From positions 4,310 to 68,309 of the forward strand of contig JACIWA010000002.1 in assembly GCA_014361195.1 (NCBI GenBank): a DNA stretch of 64,000 nucleotides. The letters are read 5' to 3'. Position 1 is the first letter of the stretch; the number at the start of each line of letters is the position of its first letter. The stretch is from Thermoplasmatales archaeon (GTDB lineage Archaea > Thermoplasmatota > E2 > UBA202 > JdFR-43). This document shows, in pieces, positions 1 to 9,680 of the stretch. The notes beneath the pieces are model-generated. The model saw only the letters and a list, made by a program, of their open reading frames with translations, had not been told where the DNA came from and made no database searches. Made by a program: the position numbers and the translations under genes.

Positions 1-421
1 TAAAATGATTTAAAAACCATTCCTTATCTACAATAAATGTGATTAAAAATGCCCCTATCAAAAAATCAATTTGATCAAGAACAGGCAATGGCCTACCTCT
101 TTCAATCCCCAATCTTCTTTTAAAAAAGCTTTTTGCAATATCTCCAAGAAGTGCCCCAAATGAAAGAGATAAGATTATTGCAACAGAAGAAAAACCATGT
201 CCAAAAAGATTCCATATTTTATTTAGAATAATCCCGCAAATAAGACCGCAGGCTATCCCTCCCAATAGACCGCGCCATGTTTTTCCTTTTCCTAAAATTG
301 GCCTTCCATGCAATTTTTTACCAAAATCGATTGGTAAGCCTCCTCCGATTAAAACAGCAGATGAATTTGCAACGTAGGCGGGCATTATAAGCCATATTGC
401 CTCCGCAATTATTTCAATCAT
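1..421 (-). CDS. carS: CDP-archaeol synthase (CDP-2,3-bis-(O-geranylgeranyl)-sn-glycerol synthase), partial, runs off left edge
   Basis: Manual translation MIEIIAEAIWLIMPAYVANSSAVLIGGGLPIDFG...ILGKGKTWRG...GDIAKSFLKRRLGIERG.PLPVLDQIDF matches CarS/DUF46 motifs; ATG overlaps end of upstream gene; not in ORF track. Confidence 0.9.
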   Translation of the reverse strand, partial: MIEIIAEAIWLIMPAYVANSSAVLIGGGLPIDFGKKLHGRPILGKGKTWRGLLGGIACGLICGIILNKIWNLFGHGFSSVAIILSLSFGALLGDIAKSFFKRRLGIERGRPLPVLDQIDFLIGAFLITFIVDKEWFLNHF

Positions 422-1466
422 TTTTCACCTTTATAACTAATGTATCCGCAATAATATCTCCCAATCTTTGTCTTTTCTTGCTTAAATAAATTAAAATGAT
501 GCTTAGTATATAAAAGCCAGCATATAACTCAATATATCTGAGGATATTTCGAGTAAATATATTCATAAAATCTCTTCCATTTTCCTCATCTATGACTTCA
601 ATATTCATTATTGCCTTTCCAAATGTTGAGCCAAATAAAAATTCAAAAAGAAGAAAATAAATCATATGAAGAACCAAAAAAAATCTTATGAAGGAGAGAA
701 TAAAGTTTGATGAGCCAAGTGAAATAAAGAATGAAAAACCACAAACAATCAAACAATCAAGAAGATAGGAAATTATTCTTTCCCCAACACCCGCATATTT
801 CAAATCCTTCACAAAATATTCCCTCTTTATTCTCCCCTTCTCCTTCTTTATAAATAAAAAAGAAATAAAAAAAGAAATAATTGAAACAACATAAATCATA
901 TCATAAATTCCCGCCCCTCCCATCGAGCCCGCAAACGGGTGCCTGAAAAGCTGGGGCAGGTGGGCGAAATCGCCACCTATTATCACGCCGAGAGTTGAAA
1001 TTGTATATGCATATACTGGGGAAGTGTTTTCTCTGAAATATAAAGCGAGGGAAATCAAAGATGATGCAATTGGGGGCAAGAGATAGTAGGGAAAGTATGA
1101 AACAACCCCCTCTTCCCTTACTTCTGTAACCATGTATGTGATGAGAGAGACAATAGAAATTCCTAAAATTAATTTTGGGTAAGGTATTTTCTTTTTACTG
1201 AAGAAATGCAAGGATAATAATATAGGAATTAATCCTCCTCCTATATTTAATGCAAGAAAATAATCTTTATAAATGAAAACGGGTAAATCAACAATCATTG
1301 TTGATGATGAGCCAATCACGAGGAGCACAACCTCTTTTTTTCCAAAATACATTTCTTCAAAAGTTTTTTGATATATAAAAAAAAGATATGTTAGCAAAAG
1401 CAAAGGTGTGAGAACAAATATTGTAAATGATATAATCTCTTTAAGCACATGTTTATAACTTATCAA
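414..1466 (-). CDS. DUF1614 membrane domain fused to C-terminal RDD domain
   Basis: ALNIGGGLIP and SMGGAGIYD (DUF1614-like); YAGVGERIISYLLD...GSTFGK...RNILR...QRLGDIIADT (RDD). Confidence 0.75.
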   Translation of the reverse strand: MISYKHVLKEIISFTIFVLTPLLLLTYLFFIYQKTFEEMYFGKKEVVLLVIGSSSTMIVDLPVFIYKDYFLALNIGGGLIPILLSLHFFSKKKIPYPKLILGISIVSLITYMVTEVREEGVVSYFPYYLLPPIASSLISLALYFRENTSPVYAYTISTLGVIIGGDFAHLPQLFRHPFAGSMGGAGIYDMIYVVSIISFFISFLFIKKEKGRIKREYFVKDLKYAGVGERIISYLLDCLIVCGFSFFISLGSSNFILSFIRFFLVLHMIYFLLFEFLFGSTFGKAIMNIEVIDEENGRDFMNIFTRNILRYIELYAGFYILSIILIYLSKKRQRLGDIIADTLVIKVKND

Positions 1467-1650
1467 TTAAAAAATTTTTGGAATTTGATTTCTTTGCGAA
1501 CAAAATGCATATTTATATGGTATTGATGATTATTAAAACATTTAAAAATTTCTGAAGCAAGAGCTGAAAAATTCTCTATATAATTTTCTACCGGAGGGCT
1601 ATTTCCTCTGGATGCTATTTTATTCCTGTTTGCTTTAAAGAATTAAAAAA

Positions 1651-1893
1651 TCATTCTTTGAATTTCTCAATCTCCTTTCTTAATCTTTTGTGAAATTTTC
1701 TTAACTTTAAATACATCGCGATTGTTTTTCCTGTATAAATTAGAGTTAATGCAATTGAAACAATGAGAAGATATAATGCTATCATAAGGATAAAAATTCT
1801 ATGGAAATAAATAAGATAAAAAAACACTAAAATTGATATCACAATCAGTGAAATTGGCATTAAATGCCTTACCGCAAATTCTTTAGTATCCAT
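1651..1893 (-). CDS. small two-TM membrane protein, hypothetical
   Basis: Two hydrophobic segments and a basic tail; ATG at 1893 preferred over TTG at 1908. Confidence 0.55.
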   Translation of the reverse strand: MDTKEFAVRHLMPISLIVISILVFFYLIYFHRIFILMIALYLLIVSIALTLIYTGKTIAMYLKLRKFHKRLRKEIEKFKE

Positions 1894-1937
1894 AGTGGAA
1901 TAAAACAAATTATAAATATTATTTTCCTTATTTTTTT

Positions 1938-2951
1938 ATGCAAGCAATAATACTTGCAGGAGGATATGGAACAAGGCTTGCTCCAGTGACTTATACCATA
2001 CCAAAACCACTTCTTCCATTGCTGAATAAGCCAATGATTGAATATATAATAAATTCTCTTCCTAAGGATAGTGAGATCATTATTGCCTCAAATTATAAGA
2101 ACAGCAAAATAAAGAAATATTTTGAAGAAAAAGGAATGGGAGTTATTATAAATAAGGAAAATAAACCACTTGGAACAGGAGGGGCGGTGAAAAATGCGGA
2201 AAAATATATCGATGGAAAATTTATAGTAATAAATAGCGATATAATATCATCTCTTAACATAAGGAAAATGATCAGATATCATGAAAAGAAAAAATCCTTT
2301 ATAACAATCTCTCTCTGGAAGGTAGATAATGTTGAAGAATTTGGCGTGGTCGATTTATTGCGGGATGGAAAAATAAAAAAATTTATTGAGAAGCCCGCCC
2401 GCCATGAGGCGCCATCCCAGCTAATAAATGCTGGCACGTATTGCATGGAATATGATGTGCTTGACTACATTGAAAAAGGCAAATTTGTATCGATGGAAAA
2501 GGAAATATTTCCAAAAGTGATAGAGGAGGGGAGAGGATTTTATGGATATCTTTTTGATGGCTACTGGACGGATGTTGGGAAAAGGGAAAGTTATTTAGAG
2601 GCAACAAAATTTTTATTGAAGAGAAAAAGCTTAAGCTACCTATATGGAGAGAATTGCAATATAGAGGGCTTAGTTAAATATTCTACAATTGGAAATAATT
2701 GCTCAATTGGGAAAAACTCAATTGTTAATGAAAGTATAATTTATGAAGATTGTATTATTGGAAAAAATGTTGAAATTGAAAATTCCATAATTGCAAAAAA
2801 ATGCATAATAAAGGATGGAGTGAAATTGAAAAATGTTATTGCGGGAGAAAAAGAAGAAATAAAAAGAAGCACGCGGGACGCAAAAATTTGGAGCAAGCCA
2901 TTGCCTAGAGGATATCCAAAGGAGCAGGTTGGAAATCCTTGCAGGAAATAA
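1938..2951 (+). CDS. NDP-sugar synthase (mannose-1-phosphate guanylyltransferase-like) with C-terminal left-handed beta-helix
   Basis: ILAGGYGTRL.P, PKPL, PLGTGGA, FIEKP, INAGTY, WTDVG; hexapeptide repeats. Confidence 0.9.
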   Translation: MQAIILAGGYGTRLAPVTYTIPKPLLPLLNKPMIEYIINSLPKDSEIIIASNYKNSKIKKYFEEKGMGVIINKENKPLGTGGAVKNAEKYIDGKFIVINSDIISSLNIRKMIRYHEKKKSFITISLWKVDNVEEFGVVDLLRDGKIKKFIEKPARHEAPSQLINAGTYCMEYDVLDYIEKGKFVSMEKEIFPKVIEEGRGFYGYLFDGYWTDVGKRESYLEATKFLLKRKSLSYLYGENCNIEGLVKYSTIGNNCSIGKNSIVNESIIYEDCIIGKNVEIENSIIAKKCIIKDGVKLKNVIAGEKEEIKRSTRDAKIWSKPLPRGYPKEQVGNPCRK

Positions 2952-4098
2952 ATGGTATTATTTCTCTTCCAAAAATATTTATTTTATCGGAAAAAGTAAT
3001 TACTTCCATAGATTTTTTTCCTTCAAGATTGCATTTCAAAATTAAAATATCCTTTCCTCCCTGACTATAACTTTCTGTATAACCCGCTATATATATTCTT
3101 TCATTTTCGATATCCATTGCCATTAAACAATCCTCTTTTTTCCCACCCCATGTTTTTAACCATGCAAAATTATCATCCCTATATTTAACTAAATATAGAT
3201 CTCCTTCACTATTTATCCCACCCGCATAAAATGAATCCCCGTATATTTTCACTGAAAATGCACAATCATTTTCTCCTCCCCATCTCCTGTCAAAAATCAG
3301 TTCCCCATTCATATCATACTTTATTACAAAAGAACTTGGGAAATAAGAAGAAGTATAGCCCGCTATATATATTCCATCAGATATATCTATTGAATATCCA
3401 ATATCATCTTTTTCCCCACCCCATGTTTTGAAAAACAGTAAGTTGCCATCTATGTCAAATTTTAGCAAAATAGCATCTTTTTCACCAACAGAATAAGTAG
3501 TTGTATAACCAGTTATATATATTCCATTTGTCACATAAATATCATAAGCTTCCTCATCTTTATTTCCGCCCCATGTTTTAGCCCACAACAGATTTCCATC
3601 ATTGTCATATTTTAATAAAAGAACCCTTTTCGATATTGCCCCAAAACTTGAAGTTACTCCACATATGTATATATTGTTCTCATATACATCTAATCCATAT
3701 GCTATATCATCCCCACTTCCTCCCCATTTCTTCATCCACAAAATGCTTTTGTTTTCATCCAATTTTGCGATAAAAACATCTTTATTTTCTTCTCTAATTT
3801 TTCCAGTTAAATAAATATATCCATTATAAAACTTCAAATCATTTATAGTTGAATCATCGAATGTAACATTCCAGATAGCTTTTCCATCAATGTCGTATTT
3901 AAGCAATACACCTTTTCCATTACTTGCTCCTCCTACATATATAGAATCATTTACTACATCAATACATGTTGCAAAATCATCTTCACCACTTCCCCATGTT
4001 TTATACCAGATGGGCTTTATTTCATTACCCCATCCAAAAGCAGAGTAAGAAATTGCAGTGCATATTAAAATGATTGTTGCTAAAGCTATTTTTTTCAT
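2905..4098 (-). CDS. secreted beta-propeller repeat protein (SBBP-like)
   Basis: Signal peptide MKKIALATIILIC; repeated W.KTWGG..DD.A..I.V...IYI.G.T.S and LLKYD.DGN. Confidence 0.8.
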   Translation of the reverse strand: MKKIALATIILICTAISYSAFGWGNEIKPIWYKTWGSGEDDFATCIDVVNDSIYVGGASNGKGVLLKYDIDGKAIWNVTFDDSTINDLKFYNGYIYLTGKIREENKDVFIAKLDENKSILWMKKWGGSGDDIAYGLDVYENNIYICGVTSSFGAISKRVLLLKYDNDGNLLWAKTWGGNKDEEAYDIYVTNGIYITGYTTTYSVGEKDAILLKFDIDGNLLFFKTWGGEKDDIGYSIDISDGIYIAGYTSSYFPSSFVIKYDMNGELIFDRRWGGENDCAFSVKIYGDSFYAGGINSEGDLYLVKYRDDNFAWLKTWGGKKEDCLMAMDIENERIYIAGYTESYSQGGKDILILKCNLEGKKSMEVITFSDKINIFGREIIPFISCKDFQPAPLDIL

Positions 4099-4177
4099 GT
4101 CATAAATTTTGTTTCATGTATTTAAAGCTATTCTTCCAAAAATATAGTTTTATATAATGCTCAGAAATAATTCAAAC

Positions 4178-5327
4178 ATGGCAAAAAAGAATAATGGAAA
4201 AGATTTCATAATATTTATCTTACTCATAGCTTTTTTCATCAATTTTATTCTTTTTGCTTGAAAATAACAGGCAAACTATAGCGGGAATTATTTTTATAAC
4301 TTCTATACTCGCCTACCTTTTATTCTGGCGATTCAGAGTTGGAATAGTTGCAATGTTAAGAGATGTTGGATTTTTTTCATGGATTGGAATAAGATTGAAT
4401 AAATTTGCAAAATTCAAAGCAAAAAATCTTTTTGTCATAATTCTTTTCATCTCAACCTTAATCATTTCAATAATCCAATAGGGATAATTATAGCAATGCG
4501 TGCGGGCTTGACTTTTGAAGATTTTGTCAGATGGGCTTTCCCAGTTGGATTTGCGTCGCTATTAATTTTAATTCTAATCATGCTTTTCTTCCTTAGGAAA
4601 GATCTAAAAAATTTTCAGCAAAGTATAGAGAAAAAATAGAGAAGGAAAACTTGAAATCGGCGGATGAAATTATCGAAACAGTTGATAAAACAATAGATAA
4701 GAGAGCCCTTAAAATAGGAATTGCAATTTTCTTCTCAATTATTTTCCTCATTTCAATCCACGCAAGAAGAGAAAATTTTCTCAACTTGGAAAAAAACACA
4801 TTCCTCATAATTGCTCCGATTGCTGGCGCTGGCGTAGCCATGACCTGGCGCAGGGAGAAGGCGCAAAAATATGTTGAGAGAGTTGATTGGTGGAACCTCG
4901 TTTTCTTCATTTTCCTCTTTTCAATAGCGGGATGCATATCCTATGTAGGGCTATCTGATAGAATAGCGAATTCCATTGAAATTATTCAAAGTCTCTTCCT
5001 TTGATGATAATATTGATATCTTTTGTCAGTGCATTTGCTTCTTCAATGATAGATAATGTTGTTCTTGTTACATCCTTTATACCAATAATATCTTCTCTCG
5101 CTAATTCTGGCATAAATGTTTTTCCTCTCTGGTGAGCTCTTCTTTTTGGAGGATGTTATGGTGGGAATATAACCCAAATTGGTTCGACCGCAAATATTGT
5201 TGCAATTGGAGTATTAGAGAAAAGAAAGCATCATTATGTAAATGCAAGGGAATGGCTTCCACTTGGCTTTATAGCGGGAATTATTCCAACAATTGTTGGT
5301 TTAATTTTCCTAATCCTGCAAATTTAA
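4178..5327 (+). pseudogene. ArsB/NhaD/SLC13-type anion permease, disrupted
   Basis: Fragments in different frames: NPIGIIIA..GLTF.DF, RVDWWNLVFF, SSMIDNV, PLW*ALLFGGCYGGNITQIGSTANIVA; frameshifts near 4250, 4470, 4610 and 5000; in-frame TGA at 5133-5135; shorter than intact family members. Confidence 0.8.
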
Positions 5328-5350
5328 TATATAATTAAGGATTTAGCTTC

Positions 5351-5803
5351 ATGAATAAAATCTTCAAAGAGCTAATTGAAAAGATAAAAGAAATTGCTTC
5401 TATGCAATTGGATAAAAACAGCAAGTTAAAAAGAATATGTGATTTAATGAAGGAAAAAATTCATTATTATAATTGGGTAGGTTTTTATTTTGCAAGAGAT
5501 GAAGAGCTTGTTTTAGGCCCTTTTTGTGGCAGTGACACAGAGCATAAGATAATTCCCTTTGGAAAAGGTATATGCGGACAAGTTGCGAAAAGCAAAAATA
5601 CATTAATTGTTCAGGATGTTTCAAAAGAAAAAAATTATTTAGCATGCAGCAGAGAAGTTAAAGCGGAAATAGTTGTTCCAATTATTAAAGATGGAAAATT
5701 TTTAGGAGAAATTGATATAGATAGCCACTATATTTCTTCTTTTACAGATGAAGATAAGGAATTTCTTGAAGAAGTTTGTAAAATTGTAGCGGATATTATT
5801 TAA
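5351..5803 (+). CDS. msrC: GAF-domain protein, free methionine-(R)-sulfoxide reductase-like
   Basis: NWVGFY, LGPF.G, IPFGKGICG, NYLAC, EIVVPI, EIDIDS. Confidence 0.75.
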   Translation: MNKIFKELIEKIKEIASMQLDKNSKLKRICDLMKEKIHYYNWVGFYFARDEELVLGPFCGSDTEHKIIPFGKGICGQVAKSKNTLIVQDVSKEKNYLACSREVKAEIVVPIIKDGKFLGEIDIDSHYISSFTDEDKEFLEEVCKIVADII

Positions 5804-6971
5804 TCCTGAATAATTTTTTAAGAAATTCTAAAAATTTAATCTTCTTCTCTCCCTTCTCCCCTTTTTCTTCCAATAAACCAATCCTAAATTTTATTGTTTT
5901 TGCAACCGGTGCCCCTCCAACCACTACCAAATTATCTTGGCTATCATTAGTAGTTCCTTTCATCCAGTCGTTCATATCATTTCCATTGCTTATGAGTTTT
6001 CCAAGATAGGCATCAAGAAGCAAATTCCCCCAGGCACCATATAGGCCAGCATAATATTCATCTTTATTTATCTTTCCTGTAACTGCTATATTTCCATTTT
6101 TCATCAATACCAGATCATATAGCCAACCTTCCATGCCAGCTTTTTCCCACAAAATATTGAAATTTCTACTTATTTTTGCTAAATAATGCTTATACCCTGC
6201 GTCTTCAAATTGGCCGCAGATAAATATATCTCTATCATAAAATATTTTACATGGCAGAACCCTCAAATCAAAAATTTTCTCATTTTTTTCTATCCCGAAT
6301 TTATCAAAATTCGAAATAATCAAATTGTAATCATCCTTTGCAACAAATCCCGCACAGAAAATATCATTTTCAAAAACACTTAGCGCTGTATAACCAGTAT
6401 ATTTCCCCATTTTCCAGCATTTCCTATTCCATATAACCGAGCCATCATTTTTCGAGACCTTCATAACAAATCCATTTACAGATGGCGGAACAATTCTCCC
6501 CCCGAAACCCGCAACAAAAATATTATCGCTTTTATCTATAGCCAGGGCGGGCGCCTGCGTGTACAAAAATGGGGCATAATTTTTTTCCCATAAAGGAGAG
6601 CCATCTTTTGAATATTTCTTTAAATAGATTGTGCAGTATTTTCCGCTTTTATCATAAAATGAGCCGACTGTTATTATGTTATCTTTCGAATCGACTTTTA
6701 CATCAAGCAATGAGCCGAAGCCTTTTGAAAGGAATTTATCAACATTAAATGGTTTTTTTAAAGAAATTTGGGAAGGAAAATATATTTTAAGGGAAGTGTG
6801 ATCATTCCATAAAAGATTTCCATCTTTATCATATTTCAGAATTAGCCCTCTGTAATCTTTATCCAATCCACATACTATAATATTATCCTTTGAATCTACC
6901 ACAACTCTGCAATTTCCATATCCTTCATTATAATTTCTCTCCCATATTACCTCGTAACTATAATTTTTCAT
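5796..6971 (-). CDS. beta-propeller repeat protein without obvious signal peptide
   Basis: Repeated VDSKDNII..G and LKYDKDGNLLW; basic amphipathic C-terminal tail. Confidence 0.7.
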   Translation of the reverse strand: MKNYSYEVIWERNYNEGYGNCRVVVDSKDNIIVCGLDKDYRGLILKYDKDGNLLWNDHTSLKIYFPSQISLKKPFNVDKFLSKGFGSLLDVKVDSKDNIITVGSFYDKSGKYCTIYLKKYSKDGSPLWEKNYAPFLYTQAPALAIDKSDNIFVAGFGGRIVPPSVNGFVMKVSKNDGSVIWNRKCWKMGKYTGYTALSVFENDIFCAGFVAKDDYNLIISNFDKFGIEKNEKIFDLRVLPCKIFYDRDIFICGQFEDAGYKHYLAKISRNFNILWEKAGMEGWLYDLVLMKNGNIAVTGKINKDEYYAGLYGAWGNLLLDAYLGKLISNGNDMNDWMKGTTNDSQDNLVVVGGAPVAKTIKFRIGLLEEKGEKGEKKIKFLEFLKKLFRIK

Positions 6972-7012
6972 CCTGAATATAAATCATAATTTATATAAAA
7001 CTTTATTTGAAG

Positions 7013-7095
7013 AAATTGTTCTGGTAGAGCAATTTTGCATACCGTTTGCAATAAATAAAAATAAATAATATTATATAGTAAAAAAGCAATATTGC
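7013..7095. promoter_or_regulatory. candidate operator sites in divergent promoter region
   Basis: AAATTGTTCT-ggt-AGAGCAATTT (10-3-10 inverted repeat, 1 mismatch) 7013-7035; GCAATTTTGC 7029-7038; perfect palindrome GCAATATTGC 7086-7095. Confidence 0.4.
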
Positions 7096-7098
7096 CTC

Positions 7099-7914
7099 AT
7101 GGAGGCAAAAATATTTGATAAGATGTATGAAGAATTTAGGGAAATACTGATCTCCGGGGTAAAAATGAAAATATTGATGAGTTTGCTTGAAGGAACAAAA
7201 ACATCTAGGCAATTAATGGAAGAAATAGGCATAAGTCTATCATCTGTTCTTCATACTGCTAGAGAGTTAGAGGATAAAAAATATATAGAGGAAAGAAAAG
7301 AAGGTTTTGTTCTAACTCCAGCAGGAAAAATAGTTGGGCAAAAAGTACTGGATTTAACAAATTCATTCTATGTTACAGGGAAACATAAAGAATTCTGGCT
7401 AACACATGATGTAGATGGGATTCCAAAGCAATTCATTGCCAGAATAGGCGAAATCAGGAACACCGAGATAGTTAAATCTTCTCCAAAAAATTTATTGCAA
7501 GTTCTTGCGCTTTATGTAAAGCATGTGAGCAAGGCAAAAGAGCTTGCTGGAATATCTCCAGTTTATGTGGAGGAATTCTCGAATTTGGTTAAAAAATTGC
7601 TTAATAAAGGGGCAAAAATAAGACTTGTTATATCTAAGAATATAGCAGATAAAGTTTTTGAAGCATATAAAAAAGAGGCGGATGAAGAGTTAAGAAAAAA
7701 AGTTGAAGAGGGCAACTTGAAAATATGGCTAATTGATGATGTAAAGATAGCAATGACAGTCACTGAATCATTTGTTTCAATTGGCCTATTTAATTTAGAT
7801 GGAACATATGACTTTTCCCAAGATTTAGTAAGTTATGATGAGGAGGCGATAGAATGGGGTAGAGAATTATTCGAATATTATAAATCAAGGGCAAAGGAAG
7901 TTAGCATACCCTAG
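7099..7914 (+). CDS. winged-HTH transcriptional regulator with DUF1724 (FilR1-like) C-terminal domain
   Basis: N-terminal wHTH (KILMSLLEG...LTPAG), FWLTHD..GIP..F..RIGE, DG.YD..DL.S.D.EAIEWG.ELFEYY. Confidence 0.85.
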   Translation: MEAKIFDKMYEEFREILISGVKMKILMSLLEGTKTSRQLMEEIGISLSSVLHTARELEDKKYIEERKEGFVLTPAGKIVGQKVLDLTNSFYVTGKHKEFWLTHDVDGIPKQFIARIGEIRNTEIVKSSPKNLLQVLALYVKHVSKAKELAGISPVYVEEFSNLVKKLLNKGAKIRLVISKNIADKVFEAYKKEADEELRKKVEEGNLKIWLIDDVKIAMTVTESFVSIGLFNLDGTYDFSQDLVSYDEEAIEWGRELFEYYKSRAKEVSIP

Positions 7915-7975
7915 CCCTATCTCCTTTATAAAAGATTTTTTTCATTTCCTTACTCTTACAAATATTTTTACTTCT

Positions 7976-8752
7976 TTGGTTGGCGCATCAATAATATCAT
8001 TTTCCTTTCTCCTCCTAATAGGGAAAATACTCCCAGAGATGGTTATTTGTACCTCTCTTATTACATATAGTGTATATTCATTGAATAGAGTAACAGATAT
8101 TGAAGAAGATGCATCAAACTTGCCAGAGAGAGTTAATTTTATCCAATCTAAAAAGAATATTATAATTTTTCTTTCCATCTTTTCCTACATTTTTGCTATA
8201 ATTTTAGGAGGAATAAGAAACAAATATACAATTCCAATCTTTTTAATACCATTCTTCATGGGGCTCATATATAGCATAAAAATATCTTCTTTCAGATTAA
8301 AGGATTTATTTTTAGCAAAAAATTTAACTGTTTCCTTATCTTGGGCTGTTTCCTCCGCCTTCCTCCCCTATGTCTTTGGAGGGAATTTTGTCTTTGCGGT
8401 TATGATCTTTCTTTTTCTTTTCATAAAATGTTTTGTAAATACTGTAGTTTTTGATGTGAGAGATGTTGAGGGTGATAGAAAAGTGAATGCAAATACCCTC
8501 CCGGTCGTTATGGGCGTAGAAAAGACAATGTTAATTCTCCTCTTTATAAACTCTACTTTATTTATTTGGCTTTTTTTGTGTATCCAAAAAAATTTTTTTC
8601 TGGAATATATTCCAGCGATTTTGTTTTCTATAATATATGGGTATATTTACATACTTTTATTCTGCAAAAGTGTTAACAAAAAATACAATTTTGATTATGC
8701 GATTGATGGAGAATTTATAATATTATTCCTTATTTGCATATTCATTCAATAG
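7976..8752 (+). CDS. UbiA-family prenyltransferase (start uncertain)
   Basis: Asp-rich motifs NRVTDIEED..N.P.R and FDVRDVEGD; multiple TM helices. Confidence 0.85.
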   Translation: MVGASIISFSFLLLIGKILPEMVICTSLITYSVYSLNRVTDIEEDASNLPERVNFIQSKKNIIIFLSIFSYIFAIILGGIRNKYTIPIFLIPFFMGLIYSIKISSFRLKDLFLAKNLTVSLSWAVSSAFLPYVFGGNFVFAVMIFLFLFIKCFVNTVVFDVRDVEGDRKVNANTLPVVMGVEKTMLILLFINSTLFIWLFLCIQKNFFLEYIPAILFSIIYGYIYILLFCKSVNKKYNFDYAIDGEFIILFLICIFIQ

Positions 8753-8783
8753 GAAAATTTTTTAATAAAAAAGTTATAATATT

Positions 8784-9680
8784 ATGAAGAGGCTGACATT
8801 TATTCTTGCAATAATTATTTTTGGTAATGGTATTGGAAGCGGTGTAATTGTTGAAATAATAAGTCCTTCTAATGGGGAAATATTTCATGTGAGAAATGTT
8901 ACTATACATGGAATTGCTCAAGCATGCTGTAATGATAAGCTTATTCAATTAATATGGGAACACAAATGGGATAATGGCAGCCTATCAGGTGAAATAAAAC
9001 TTGATTTTATATTTTATTATGAATTCAATATAGATATTCTTCTTTATCCGGGCAAGAATTTATTTGAAATTACCGCAATTTCCTATTCAGGAAATAAAGC
9101 ATCGGCAAAAGTTGAAATATATTACGATGGTCCTCTTGCAGATGCAAATGGCCCCTACTACGGATATGTGCTAGAGGAAATAGAATTTAAAGGCTTTGCT
9201 TATGGAGGAAGTGAGCCATATACATTTCTCTGGTATTTTGGGGATGGAAATTTCAGCAATGAAATTAACCCAAAGCATGCTTATATGAAGGAGGGATTTT
9301 ACAACATAATTTTTAAAGTAATTGATTCAAACGGTTATTCAGATGTAAATCATACTTTTGTTTTTATCAGCAAAAGGGAGGAGAATCCTCCTTATGTTGA
9401 AATAATAAACCCTAAAAATTGGATTTACATAAATGGAAATAAAATTATTCCGTTTGTTATCCCATTAATAATAGGGAATGTGACTATAGAAGCAAATGCA
9501 TATGATGACAGTGGAATAAGCTTTGTTGAATTTTATATGGATAAAAGTATTTTATGCAGTTTATACTCTCCACCTTATTCTTTTGAATGGAGTGGAAAAG
9601 GTTATCATGAAATAGAAGCGGTGGCATATGATCTATCAATGAATAAGGCAAATTATTCAATAAGCCTTCTTGCAATTTAA
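8784..9680 (+). CDS. secreted PKD + Ig-like domain protein
   Basis: Signal peptide; ADANGPY...W.FGDG...NPKHAY (PKD); C-terminal Ig-like domain shared with other secreted proteins here. Confidence 0.8.
   Translation: MKRLTFILAIIIFGNGIGSGVIVEIISPSNGEIFHVRNVTIHGIAQACCNDKLIQLIWEHKWDNGSLSGEIKLDFIFYYEFNIDILLYPGKNLFEITAISYSGNKASAKVEIYYDGPLADANGPYYGYVLEEIEFKGFAYGGSEPYTFLWYFGDGNFSNEINPKHAYMKEGFYNIIFKVIDSNGYSDVNHTFVFISKREENPPYVEIINPKNWIYINGNKIIPFVIPLIIGNVTIEANAYDDSGISFVEFYMDKSILCSLYSPPYSFEWSGKGYHEIEAVAYDLSMNKANYSISLLAI

Noticed and set aside
1520-1611. Possible C/D-box sRNA (TGATGA...CTGA...CTGA) and small hairpin CCGGAGGG/TCCTCTGG
   Set aside because: Box spacing is atypical, there is no clear C' box, and the guides are AT-only; compatible with chance
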